A stretch of DNA of 64,000 bases, from positions 124,001 to 188,000 of IMG/VR virus record IMGVR_UViG_3300024999_000029; one strand, 5' to 3'. Made by a program: the position numbers and the translations under genes. The notes beneath the pieces were generated by a model. That model did no database searches and was not told the origin of the DNA. It saw only the letters and a program-made list of their open reading frames with translations. This document shows, one piece after another, positions 8,719 through 19,200 of this stretch. Every line of letters starts with the position of its first letter. Position 1 is the first letter of the stretch.

Positions 8719-9777
8719 ATGGTTTTGGATATTAAAAATCTAATAAACAGTATAGAAGAACATAATAAATCAAAGGTTATTTGCTATCTTACGAATGACA
8801 ATTCTAATTTTTCTGCAAGAATTGAAAGTGATATTTATTTATATTTTCAAGAAATATTATTAAATATCGGTGAGCAAGAAAGAATTGATTTATTTTTATT
8901 CAGTATGGGTGGAAATACTTTAGTGCCTTGGAAGTTAGTTAATATGATAAGGCAGTATGCTAAGAAGTTTACGGTATTAATACCTTATCACGCAAATAGT
9001 GCTGCAACCTTGATTTCTCTGGGCGCAGATAAAATAATTATGGGTAAGATGGGTGATATAAGTCCTATAGATCCAACAATAACTACTCCATTTAATCCTT
9101 CTATACCAGGGCAAGAAAATGATTTAAGGGCAAGAATAGGATTAAGTGTAGAAGATGTGATGAGTTATTACGAATTAGCCAAAAGTACAATGAACCTTAA
9201 AGAAGAGTCGAGTTTATTAAAAGCTTTTGAATTATTATCGACCAATATAAATCCACTAGCCTTAGGTGCGGTACATAGATCTTATAACCAAATAAGAACA
9301 TTAGCACTAAAGTTATTAAAACTACACCTAAACCAGAAGGATGATTATTTATTAATAAATGAAATCATTGATAGTCTTACTCAAAAATTATATAATCATG
9401 GTCATCTCATAAATCGTAACGAAGCCTTGGAGATATTGAGTGAGAAAATTATAGAAATTCCAGATAATGAACTGGAAAATTTTATATGGCAATTATTTAA
9501 TGAATATAAAAATAATATGAAAATTAGTGAATATTTAGACTTGAGTTTAAAATGTAAAAATTTCAAGCCATTCTATTCACAAAATGATATGAATAGTGAT
9601 AAAATAGATGTAGAAGGTATTATTGCAACAATACAAAGTGCCGATATAAAATATGAATACAAAAAGACAATCACTCTTGAGCCTGCTTTAGAAATGATAT
9701 CTACGCAACAAGGCAATGTTTATAAAAACATTGGTATTCGCAGGAATGATTTTGATCAAGGGTGGATAAAATGTTAG
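8719..9777 (+). CDS. ClpP/crotonase-fold serine peptidase of the SDH (serine dehydrogenase proteinase) family
   Basis: DLFLFSMGG...IPYHANSAATLISLGADKIIMG...ISPIDP, and a later YNHGHLI motif. Confidence 0.8.
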   Translation: MVLDIKNLINSIEEHNKSKVICYLTNDNSNFSARIESDIYLYFQEILLNIGEQERIDLFLFSMGGNTLVPWKLVNMIRQYAKKFTVLIPYHANSAATLISLGADKIIMGKMGDISPIDPTITTPFNPSIPGQENDLRARIGLSVEDVMSYYELAKSTMNLKEESSLLKAFELLSTNINPLALGAVHRSYNQIRTLALKLLKLHLNQKDDYLLINEIIDSLTQKLYNHGHLINRNEALEILSEKIIEIPDNELENFIWQLFNEYKNNMKISEYLDLSLKCKNFKPFYSQNDMNSDKIDVEGIIATIQSADIKYEYKKTITLEPALEMISTQQGNVYKNIGIRRNDFDQGWIKC

Positions 9778-9805
9778 TAGAATAGTAAAATGGAGGTGAA
9801 TTCAA

Positions 9806-9997
9806 TTGTCAAATACTATTTATAATAGTTCATTGAACATTGATAATACTGTTTATTTACAACAATATTTGGGTTATTCATCTGGTAATAGTGCAGTTGA
9901 AACAAATACAAAAATTATACGTGGAGACTTAATTAAAACAAATGAAATTATAATAAAAAACGGGGATACATTAAAAGTTAAATTAAACATATTATAA
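9806..9997 (+). CDS. Small hypothetical protein co-transcribed with the SDH peptidase
   Basis: SD ggaggtga, TTG start, shared terminator. Confidence 0.55.
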   Translation: MSNTIYNSSLNIDNTVYLQQYLGYSSGNSAVETNTKIIRGDLIKTNEIIIKNGDTLKVKLNIL

Positions 9998-10006
9998 TTT
10001 TTGCTG

Positions 10007-10036
10007 AAAAGACCTCTGGCTAGAGAGGTCTTTTTG
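10007..10036 (+). terminator. Intrinsic terminator
   Basis: aaaagacctct-ggctag-agaggtctttt. Confidence 0.8.
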
Positions 10037-10344
10037 CATATCAAATGGTACTTTTATTGAAATTATTATCTTCAAAATATTCCACAATCCACTATAATAT
10101 GATATAGTATTAGTATTATATTTTACTTTATTTTAAATGGGACATTAATGTCCCTATTTTTCACTTCAAGATGTTTCACATAATGCCGATGAATATAATG
10201 AAGATTTAATACATCATATAATATTAATTTATTAGATATAATATATAACGTTTATGCACACTATACATATACTATAATAAAAGTTTTAACTGTTGACTTT
10301 ACAAATATATAATTGTAAAATAAAAAGGCAAAGGATGGTATTAT

Positions 10345-10599
10345 ATGATAAAACTTGAAAAAGAGTTCAATTATTTTATCAATAACTTAAAAGAATTGGT
10401 AAAAAAATACGAGGGCAAGTATATCGTAATCAAAAACGATATTGTATTGGGTGCTTATAATACTATAGAAGAAGCCATTTCTGAAACTAATAAAACAGAA
10501 GAAATGGGTACTTTTCTTGTTCAAAAATGTGAATTGAATGAAGAAAATTATACGCAAACTTATCACTCAAGGGTTGTATTTGAACATCCGATAAAATAA
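10345..10599 (+). CDS. DUF5678-like small protein
   Basis: EFNYF..NLKELVKKYEGKYIVIKNDIVLGAY pattern; directly upstream of a retropepsin gene. Confidence 0.65.
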   Translation: MIKLEKEFNYFINNLKELVKKYEGKYIVIKNDIVLGAYNTIEEAISETNKTEEMGTFLVQKCELNEENYTQTYHSRVVFEHPIK

Positions 10600-10625
10600 C
10601 TTAAATAAATTCGAGGTAAATGTAG

Positions 10626-11177
10626 ATGAATGGGGTTGCAGTTAGTTGTTTTACCACTACAAATAACGGAATGGCAAATGTGCTAAAAAATGAAATCTTG
10701 ATTTCTAATTCTATAATCGCAAAATCAAATGTTTTAACTAATAAATATGAAGGAATATGGGATACTGGGGCTACTGCAAGTTGTATTACAAATAAAATAG
10801 TAAAAGAATGTAATCTTTTGCCTATAGGTATTCAAAAAGTTATTGCTGCCAATGGTGAATATCTCACGAATCAATATATTGTAGATTTGTGGTTGCCTAA
10901 TAAAATTGTTATTAAAAATTTAAGAGTTACAGAAGGCTCATTTAGTGGAGCAGACTTGTTAATAGGAATGGATGTTATGAACAAGGGAGATTTTGCTGTT
11001 TCTAATTATAATGGGAAAACTATTTTTTCTTTTAGAATGCCTTCTGTGTCTGAAACTAATTATGTTAAATTATATAATTCTACAATCCCATCAAAAAAAG
11101 CACCCAAAATAGGAGCAAATGAACTTTGCCCGTGTGGTACTGGGAAAAAATATAAGAAATGTTGTGGTAAAAAATAG
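10626..11177 (+). CDS. Retropepsin-like aspartic protease with C-terminal SEC-C zinc-binding motif
   Basis: GIWDTGATAS catalytic motif, DLLIGMDVM, C-terminal KIGANELCPCGTGKKYKKCCGK. Confidence 0.85.
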   Translation: MNGVAVSCFTTTNNGMANVLKNEILISNSIIAKSNVLTNKYEGIWDTGATASCITNKIVKECNLLPIGIQKVIAANGEYLTNQYIVDLWLPNKIVIKNLRVTEGSFSGADLLIGMDVMNKGDFAVSNYNGKTIFSFRMPSVSETNYVKLYNSTIPSKKAPKIGANELCPCGTGKKYKKCCGKK

Positions 11178-11192
11178 TATGTTTTAATATTT

Positions 11193-11219
11193 AAGACCTC
11201 TGGTTAGAGAGGTCTTTTT
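11193..11219 (+). terminator. Intrinsic terminator, near-identical to 10009-10035
   Basis: aagacctctggttagagaggtcttttt (26/27 nt identical to the upstream copy). Confidence 0.8.
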
Positions 11220-11315
11220 GTTTGCACGAAAGGAGTGTTTTATTTGAAAATGGACATTCGGAAGAGTGTCTTTTTTGTTTTGAATTTTAAGATTGATATA
11301 TATGGAGGTGAAAAC

Positions 11316-11420
11316 ATGAGTTGTGAAAAATGCAATAATCCCAAATATAAACTACCTAACCTGACACATGAAACACATTTAGTATATGAATGTGAAAAAT
11401 GCAAATTGAATATTAAGTAA
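11316..11420 (+). CDS. 34-aa CxxC...CxxC mini zinc-binding protein
   Basis: SD ggaggtga before ATG 11316; MSCEKC...YECEKC. Confidence 0.5.
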   Translation: MSCEKCNNPKYKLPNLTHETHLVYECEKCKLNIK

Positions 11421-11506
11421 CTAAAAATAGATTAAATATTATTTGAGACTTCCTAATCGGAGGTCTTTTTATTTTGCACACAATGGGAAATAGAGGTGAA
11501 TTATTA

Positions 11507-12649
11507 ATGGCAACCATAGAAATTTTTAGAATAGCAGATACTTATATTGATTTATATATCGATGGTTTAGAGAATCCAGAAAATCAATATGATAATTTTG
11601 GTTTTGTACATATAGATGATCCTATTTATGATGATGGTTTGATTCATGTAATAAATGTGGGAACAGATAGTAGTTATACATCTCCACTATATCGCTATTC
11701 TAATTTAAGCAAAGGAATAACATACACATTTGAAGCTTGGGCAAAATGGAATGGAATTTGGTATAGGGCGGATACCAGAAGCATTAGTACCTCTTCAGCT
11801 ACAGCTTATGTTAGACCTATCAGCATATATGAAACAACATTAGTTGCAGATATCGCTAATTTATCTAATCCACAAAATCAATATGAAGCATTTAGATTTA
11901 GTCGAGAGGGGTGGGGATATTACTATCCAATTTCTGTTGATTCTGGATACACTGGTTATGATAGCCCCAATTGTACTTACGGAAGTTTAACTGGAAGTAC
12001 TGACTATACTTTAACAGGAGAAGTTCAATATGATGGAATATTATATGTAGTTAAGCCAGCTTATGTAACAACCGATTATAGAGAATATACTGGTACTTTT
12101 ACATACTGGTATCCTTATAACGGGCAATTAAATCTTGGGCAAACATTTCAATTAACAGTAAAAGCTAATTATGATGATGGTTCTCAAGTAGATGTAACAA
12201 CTAATGGTGCTACTTATTCTTCAGGAAATACTTCTATAGCCACAGTATCTGCTACGGGGTTAATATCAGCAGTAGGAGTTGGCACAACTAATATATGGAT
12301 ATATTATAGCGGAGGAAGTGGGTATTTCTCTCTAACAGTTAGTGATAGACCACCTAGTTTTAATTGGAGTTCTGGTGTTTATTCGGGAGCTACTTTTAAT
12401 ATGCCCGCTACTGAATGGAATAATTTTTTACAAAACATTAGAGATGTTTATAGTTTTAAGGGATGGAGTCTTTCAGGATTCCCTTTAACGAATGTTGTAT
12501 CTGGATTATTTTATGCCACTAGATTTAATGAAGCTAAAAATGCTATAGGGAGCAAGAATGCTACAGGGATTTTAGATAAAAACACAGGAGATACTTTATA
12601 CGCAAGTGATTTTACAATATTAACAAGCAGGTTAAATTCAATTACTTAA
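11507..12649 (+). CDS. Virion structural protein with Ig-like (Big_2) domain
   Basis: Internal repeat DGLENPENQY/ANLSNPQNQY; QLTVKANYDDGSQVDVT...YSSGNTSIATVSATGLISAVGVGTTNI is a Big_2 pattern; start from SD gaggtga. Confidence 0.7.
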   Translation: MATIEIFRIADTYIDLYIDGLENPENQYDNFGFVHIDDPIYDDGLIHVINVGTDSSYTSPLYRYSNLSKGITYTFEAWAKWNGIWYRADTRSISTSSATAYVRPISIYETTLVADIANLSNPQNQYEAFRFSREGWGYYYPISVDSGYTGYDSPNCTYGSLTGSTDYTLTGEVQYDGILYVVKPAYVTTDYREYTGTFTYWYPYNGQLNLGQTFQLTVKANYDDGSQVDVTTNGATYSSGNTSIATVSATGLISAVGVGTTNIWIYYSGGSGYFSLTVSDRPPSFNWSSGVYSGATFNMPATEWNNFLQNIRDVYSFKGWSLSGFPLTNVVSGLFYATRFNEAKNAIGSKNATGILDKNTGDTLYASDFTILTSRLNSIT

Positions 12650-12667
12650 ATTAGAAAGGGTGTATAT

Positions 12668-13015
12668 ATGTTAAAATTAAAATTCGCAAATGGTGAGGAA
12701 ATTGAAATTGCTGATGCACAAGAAAATATTTATAATAATGGAGATTTAGTTAGATATAATCTTAATATTATTATAAATAATTGTAATTTAACTTCTCAAG
12801 AATTACAAGGAAAATTTTTACAAGAAAATAATTTAAATCCTATGATTATCAATAAAATTAACACTGAAACGCAGTCTATAGCAAATACCACAACTGGAGA
12901 GATTATAGAGCCTAATGGTGATATAGAATTATTAAATTCAAATGTTTATACTTTTCAATCAATAGCAAGAAGTTATTCGACTGATATGATAACAGTTAAT
13001 TTAGTTAAGAATTAA
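12668..13015 (+). CDS. Hypothetical tail-region protein
   Basis: Same strand, SD gaaagggtg. Confidence 0.65.
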   Translation: MLKLKFANGEEIEIADAQENIYNNGDLVRYNLNIIINNCNLTSQELQGKFLQENNLNPMIINKINTETQSIANTTTGEIIEPNGDIELLNSNVYTFQSIARSYSTDMITVNLVKN

Positions 13016-13039
13016 AATATAAAATAAAAGGAGGATTTT

Positions 13040-13192
13040 ATGGAATTTAAATATACTCAAGAACAAGTTCAGAACATACTAGACTTATTGAATACGATTG
13101 AAATTAAAGGGATTGGCAATATGAATAGTATTTTGGGCATAGTTCAGATAATTAATAATCCTATTAAAAACCAAAATATAAAAGAAGATTAA
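13040..13192 (+). CDS. Small hypothetical tail-region protein (50 aa)
   Basis: Read by hand: MEFKYTQEQVQNILDLLNTIEIKG...; SD aaggagga. Confidence 0.55.
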   Translation: MEFKYTQEQVQNILDLLNTIEIKGIGNMNSILGIVQIINNPIKNQNIKED

Positions 13193-13261
13193 TAGTTTAA
13201 CATAAAAATACGAGAGAGGTAAATATACCTCTCTTTTTTATATCAAAAAAGGAGGTTTATT

Positions 13262-16200
13262 ATGTCTTACTTACCTAACAATAGAGAATTTAGAGATCCA
13301 ACAGTATTTGATGTTAGAGATTTTGCCGTTCAAAGAACAGATATAAATAAAAAAATAATAAACAATAGAATCCCTTTGGAAGAAAAGCCAGATATTATAC
13401 ATCATGTTCAAATTAGTGGATATACTGAGATATTTGATAATAGCGTACCCACGGAAAATCAATTTAAATGTGATTATACTAATGATTATCTAACTTTTAA
13501 TCCACTAAAAGAAGGAGTAGTAATACCAAGTATTAGCTATTGGGGACTTGGGAATATATTGATAAGTGCAGATAAAGTATATTTGCATAATGATAATCCA
13601 GATGCAACTATAACCTTACAAGATATGATTGACGACGGAGAGCAAGCACTTGTGGCTATGGGCGGATTAGAGAGCGTAATATCTTCTGCTACATTGCATG
13701 AAGCCAGTTTAGAGGCAGATATCGTTACAGCTACAAGCAAAGAATCAAGTTTAGAAGCAGATATTGCCACAGCTACGACGAAAAAAAGCGACCTTGATGG
13801 TTCTATATCTACAGCTACCACAACTAAGGCTAATTTAGATGGAAGTAACACAACTGCATTGGTAACTAAATCAGCTTTAGATGCATCTAATACTACTGCC
13901 AATACCACGAAAACTAATTTAGATAATAGTAATACTACTGCACTAGCAACAAAAACAGCACTAGATTTATCTAATACAACGGCTAACAATACTAAGACAA
14001 ATCTAGATAGTAGTATACTTGCAGGAGATGCATCAAAAACAAATTTAGATGCGAGTGTTATTTTAGGTAATACAAGTAAGTCTAATTTGGATTTAAGCAT
14101 TTCTACGTCTATAACTAAGAAAGCAGATTTGGATTCTAGCATATCAACAGCAACAACCAAAAAGAGTGATTTAGATGCTAGTATTTCTAACGCTAATAAT
14201 AGCAAGACTGCTTTAGATATTAGCAAAGCAAATGCTGATAATAGTAAAACCGCTTTAGATTTAAGTATAGGAACTGGAAATGCTTTAAAAACAAACTTAG
14301 ATTCAAATATTTCCACAGGAACTACTCTTAATACCAATTTAGGAAATTCTATATCTGGTGGCAATACTACTAAAACAAATTTAGATGGTTCTATTTCTAC
14401 AGCTACAACACTCAACGGCACATTAGATGGAACAATTGTTACAGCAAATACTTCAATAAGTGAACTAAATACTACAAATGACAGTTTTATTGTTTGGGAA
14501 GCGTATAATTCTACTCATACATATTATCCATTAAATAAGGTTTCATGGAATGGTAGTAGCTATATTTGTCTATCTACTTGTACTAATATACTTCCCTCAA
14601 ATAATAGTTATTTCATGTTGATTTGTGCAAAAGGAGTAGATGGAACTGGTGCAGTAATGAATATTAATTCAACTAATAGCGATATTGCTGTAGGGAATCC
14701 TACTGGAGAAGTTTTATTAACATTAAATTCAGGTACTGGTGCTTATCAGATAGTTAAATTAGATAGTAATGGGAAAATACCTTTGGCAGTTATCCCAGAT
14801 ATAGCTAAACAACAAACTTATGTTGTTACAGATTTAACAGCAAGGAATGCTCTTACAGGATTAGTAAGTGGTGATACTTGTTATTTAACAAGTAATGGAG
14901 ATTCATATATTTACAATGGTTCTACATGGGTATTAATGGCTGATGCGGATTGGGCTAATATAAGCCTCGATTGGACTAATATAGTTGGCAGACCAACTTC
15001 AAGCGTAGCTAATATTGACGATGCAGTAACTAAGAAACATAGTCATGTAAATCAAACAATATTAGATAATACAACCGCTAGTTTTTTAACAGCAGATGAA
15101 ACTAAATTAGACGGTATATCAACTGGAGCGAATAAAACTGAATCAAGCTCTACTAATGGAAATATCAAAGTAGATGGAATAGAGAAAACTGTTTATACTC
15201 ATCCGTCAACTCATAGTGCAGATATTATAGTAGATGGAACTACTAATAAAACATATACGGCAACAGAAAAGACTAAACTAAATAGTATAGTTATAGCAAC
15301 TCAAGAAGAAGCAGAATCTAGCACATCAAACACAACATTCATGACTCCGTTGCGTACAACACAATTAATAGAAAATCCAATCTACACAGCAGAAGCAACA
15401 ACAACACAACAAGTAACCTCTCTGCCATCCACCGCAATGAAATCACCTTTCGCCGCGGCAGAGTTAGAAGGTAACACTAATACTAATATAGTCACAAATA
15501 GTAATTTTGCTGACGGTACTACTGGGTGGACACCACAATTTTCAACTCTTTCGACAATAAACAATATATTATCTGTAACGGGTAATGGTATCAATTCAGC
15601 AGCTTCGACTTACCAAAATACAAACATAGATTGCGTAGAAGGTAAAAAAGTTTTCGCTAGAGTTAAATTAAGTGTTACAAACAGCAATTCAACTTTAATA
15701 GACTTACGTTTATTGGGGAGTTTAGGCGGTACTATTCAAATCGCACAGCAAACCACGCCAACAATTAATCAGGTTTATGAATTATTTGGAATAGCAACTT
15801 TAACAAGCTTTAATCTTGGCAAGGTGCAAATACGACCAGTACAGTTTTACGCAGATGCCACAACAGCAACTGGAAAAGTTATGGAAGTACAAGAAGTATT
15901 AGCAATAGATATGGGTGCAGATAGCACCAATCCACTTTACAATCTTACAGCAGACCAGATGAACGCACGGTTCGCTAACTGGTTTGATAGCACTAAAAGC
16001 GTTGGAATGCAGAGAGTAAAGAGTGTTGGGAAGAATTTGTTTGACGTAAATAGTTATAATACAAAATCGTCAACAGGTATAAAAGTTATAACTGTTGACG
16101 AAATAGCATTTACCACAACAGGTAATGCATCTGGTAGTCTATATTTTAAAATATATTCAGGATTGAGTGATTATAATACTGTTGTTAGTACAAGTGATTA

Positions 16201-19200
16201 TTATTCATCTGCTGGAAACAAAACAGTAACAACTACTACTACAAACGAAACTTTTTACAGACTTGTATTTGGTATAAATGGGAATGCACAAGATGCTAAA
16301 CTTTATTATAGGCTGAAATTAAAACCTAATACAACATATAAAGCTACTTTAAATATATCTAGTTTTTCAGCGAACTCTATAATTGTTGATAATACTATTC
16401 AAATCGAAGAAAGCTCAACGGTAACTTATGCTACTAGAGTTTACGAACCCTACACAGAATCCACAGCGTACACAACACCAGAGTTACGTAGAGTAGGCAC
16501 AGTAGCAGATACGGTGGATTTGCTTAGTGGGAGGCATACTAAATATATTAGTGATTGGCATAGTTTACAGGCAAGTGATATAACTACGCTTGGAACAACA
16601 AGAACGAACGTAGATACGCTTATAGTAGCGTTACCACTTGCTAAAGCAGCAATTACAGGGGCTACGCAAAATGTTTTTAAAGTGCCAAATTTTAATGCCT
16701 CTACTTTGTCAACTATAATAGATGACATTCAATATATAGGTCAATATGTTTATAGTGCAAGCATAAACGCAAATTTAGTTTTAGTAATTGCAAAAGGTAC
16801 GTACGCAAGCCTAGCAGCAGCACAAACAGCACTTGCAGGGACACAAATACTGTATCAACTAGCAACACCAACTACGACAAATTACCTCCCTAGTACTTTA
16901 ATAAGCGAACCAAACGGAACAATATACACAGAACCTAGCATAACTGATGTAGGTTATTACGGTACAAATATTGCTGTTGCTGACACGGATTATCCTATAA
17001 GCAGTTTAGATTGGATTAATAAAATTGATGTTGATACTGGAGCGTTTATACCTGTGGATATTGCAACATGTACCGTTGCGAGTGGTGGATTGAGTTTTAC
17101 AATTTCGACAGCTACGGTCGATGAGTGTTACGAGTATGCATATAACTACAGTACGGCATTAAGCGTAATACCTAGTTTGGCTTATAGCTATAGCACTAAC
17201 TTAAAAGCACAGGTGAATGAGACGGTTAGTGCGGTGGAGAGGTTGGACAGAAAGATAGAAGAAAAGTCGGCTAATTTAAAAATAGCTACAGAAGCAGAAG
17301 CAGAAGCTGGAACGTCAAATACTGTATTCATGACTCCACTTAGAACAACACAATTAATCGAAAACGCCACATACACAGCAGAAGCAACAACAACACAACA
17401 AGTAACCTCTCTACCATCCACAGCAATGAAATCACCTTTTGCATCAGCAGAGTTAGAAGGTAATACTAATACTAATATAGTCACAAATAGTAATTTTACA
17501 AGTACTGCTGGGTGGACACTAACCGTAGGTGCTACAGTAAGTGCAGCAAATAATGTACTGAACCTTACAGGCAGTGGCAGCAGTAGCTCTCCTCAAACCT
17601 ATCAACAGTCAATTATTCCAGTAGTAACTGGCAAAAAAATGTACATCACAGGGAGAGCTAGGGTTACAAACGCAAATTGCCAATATTTATACATAAAAAT
17701 ATCTGATGGCACTGGAACTACTATAACAGGTTCTCCTGCGGTTGTAGCTGCTCCAGTGCCAAATACGTGGTATACATTTTCGGCAATAGCAACTTGTCAA
17801 GCGTCACTGAGCGGAAATTTTAGAGTGTATTTAATGCATACCTACGTAGACGCCGCCACAGCAAGCGGAAAAGTAATGGAAGTCAAAGAAGTAATGGCAA
17901 TCGATATGGGCGTAGACAGCACCAATCCACTTTACAATCTTACAGCAGACCAGATGAACGCACGTTTTGCTAACTGGTTTGATACTACTAAATCCATTGC
18001 ACCGCAGAGAGTTAAGAGTGTTGGGAAGAATTTGTTTGATAAAAACGATATATTAATTTATGGCAAACGCTTATCTGGAACTGCAAATGGTGCAACAACA
18101 ACAGATGTGACGTATAACGTAACTGGCTATATGCGGGTAAATCCATCTAGTACTTATTGCAAGACGAATTTTGCTAGTACAGTAGCGTTTTATGATAAAA
18201 GCAAAATATTCATATCCGAAGTGTATACAAATCCTTTTACAGTTCCTGCAAATGCGATATATGCTATATCATCCGTACTGGTTGCTAATTTAGATACCGC
18301 ACAACTCGAACTCGGCTCATCCGCAACAACATACGAACCCTACACAGAATCCACAGCGTACACAACACCAGAGTTACGTAGAGTAGGCACAGTAGCAGAT
18401 ACAGTGGATTTGCTGACGGGGAAGTATGCTAAGAATATTAGTGATTGGTATAGTTTACAGGCAAGTGATATAACAGCGCTAATTACAACAGGAGTAAATG
18501 CTGATTATATTCAAACTAACGTTAGTTTTTTACCTTTGGCTAAACCATCTAATGGAACTGTGCAAAATATAATAAAAGTAGGTAATTATCCAGAAACAAC
18601 TATTGCTCTTTTTGACAGTGCAGACTCACATTGGAAATTCGTATACTCTGAAACCGAAAGAATCGTTATTATATTTCCTAAAGGCACATACGCAAGCCTA
18701 GCGGCAGCACAAGCAGCACTAGCAGGGACACAAATACTTTACCAACTAGCAGTACCAACCACCGCAAATTATCTACCTAGCAACCTAACAAGCAAGCCAA
18801 GTGGTACATTATATTTAGAGCCTAGCATAACAGATGTAGGTTACTATGGTGCTAATATTGCTATTGCAGATACGGATTATCCAATTGCAACATTAGATTT
18901 TATGAATAAAATTGATGTCGGTAATGGTACTTTTACGCTTGTAGATATTACAGCTTGTACAGTGGCTAGTGGTGGATTGAGTTTTACTATTAGCGGGGCA
19001 ACGGCTGGTGAGTATTACGAGTACGGTTATAACTATAGCACAGAGTTGAGCGTAATACCTAGTTTGAGTTATAGTTATAGTACTAATTTAAAAGCACAGG
19101 TGAATGAGACGGTTAGTGCGGTGGAGAGGTTGGAGGAAGCGTTAGACGAACTTTTTACGTCTGCCAGTAATGGGAAAACCGCTATTGCATCGGCTATTGC

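Noticed and set aside
13537-14421. 294-aa minus-strand ORF (also 15382..15594, 16450..16728, 17188..17484)
   Set aside because: Antisense shadows of the repetitive tail fibre gene; no SD, and they mirror its repeats.
15293-19134. Diversity-generating retroelement template/variable repeat
   Set aside because: No reverse transcriptase in the window; both repeats are coding, and differences are block replacements rather than adenine-specific changes.
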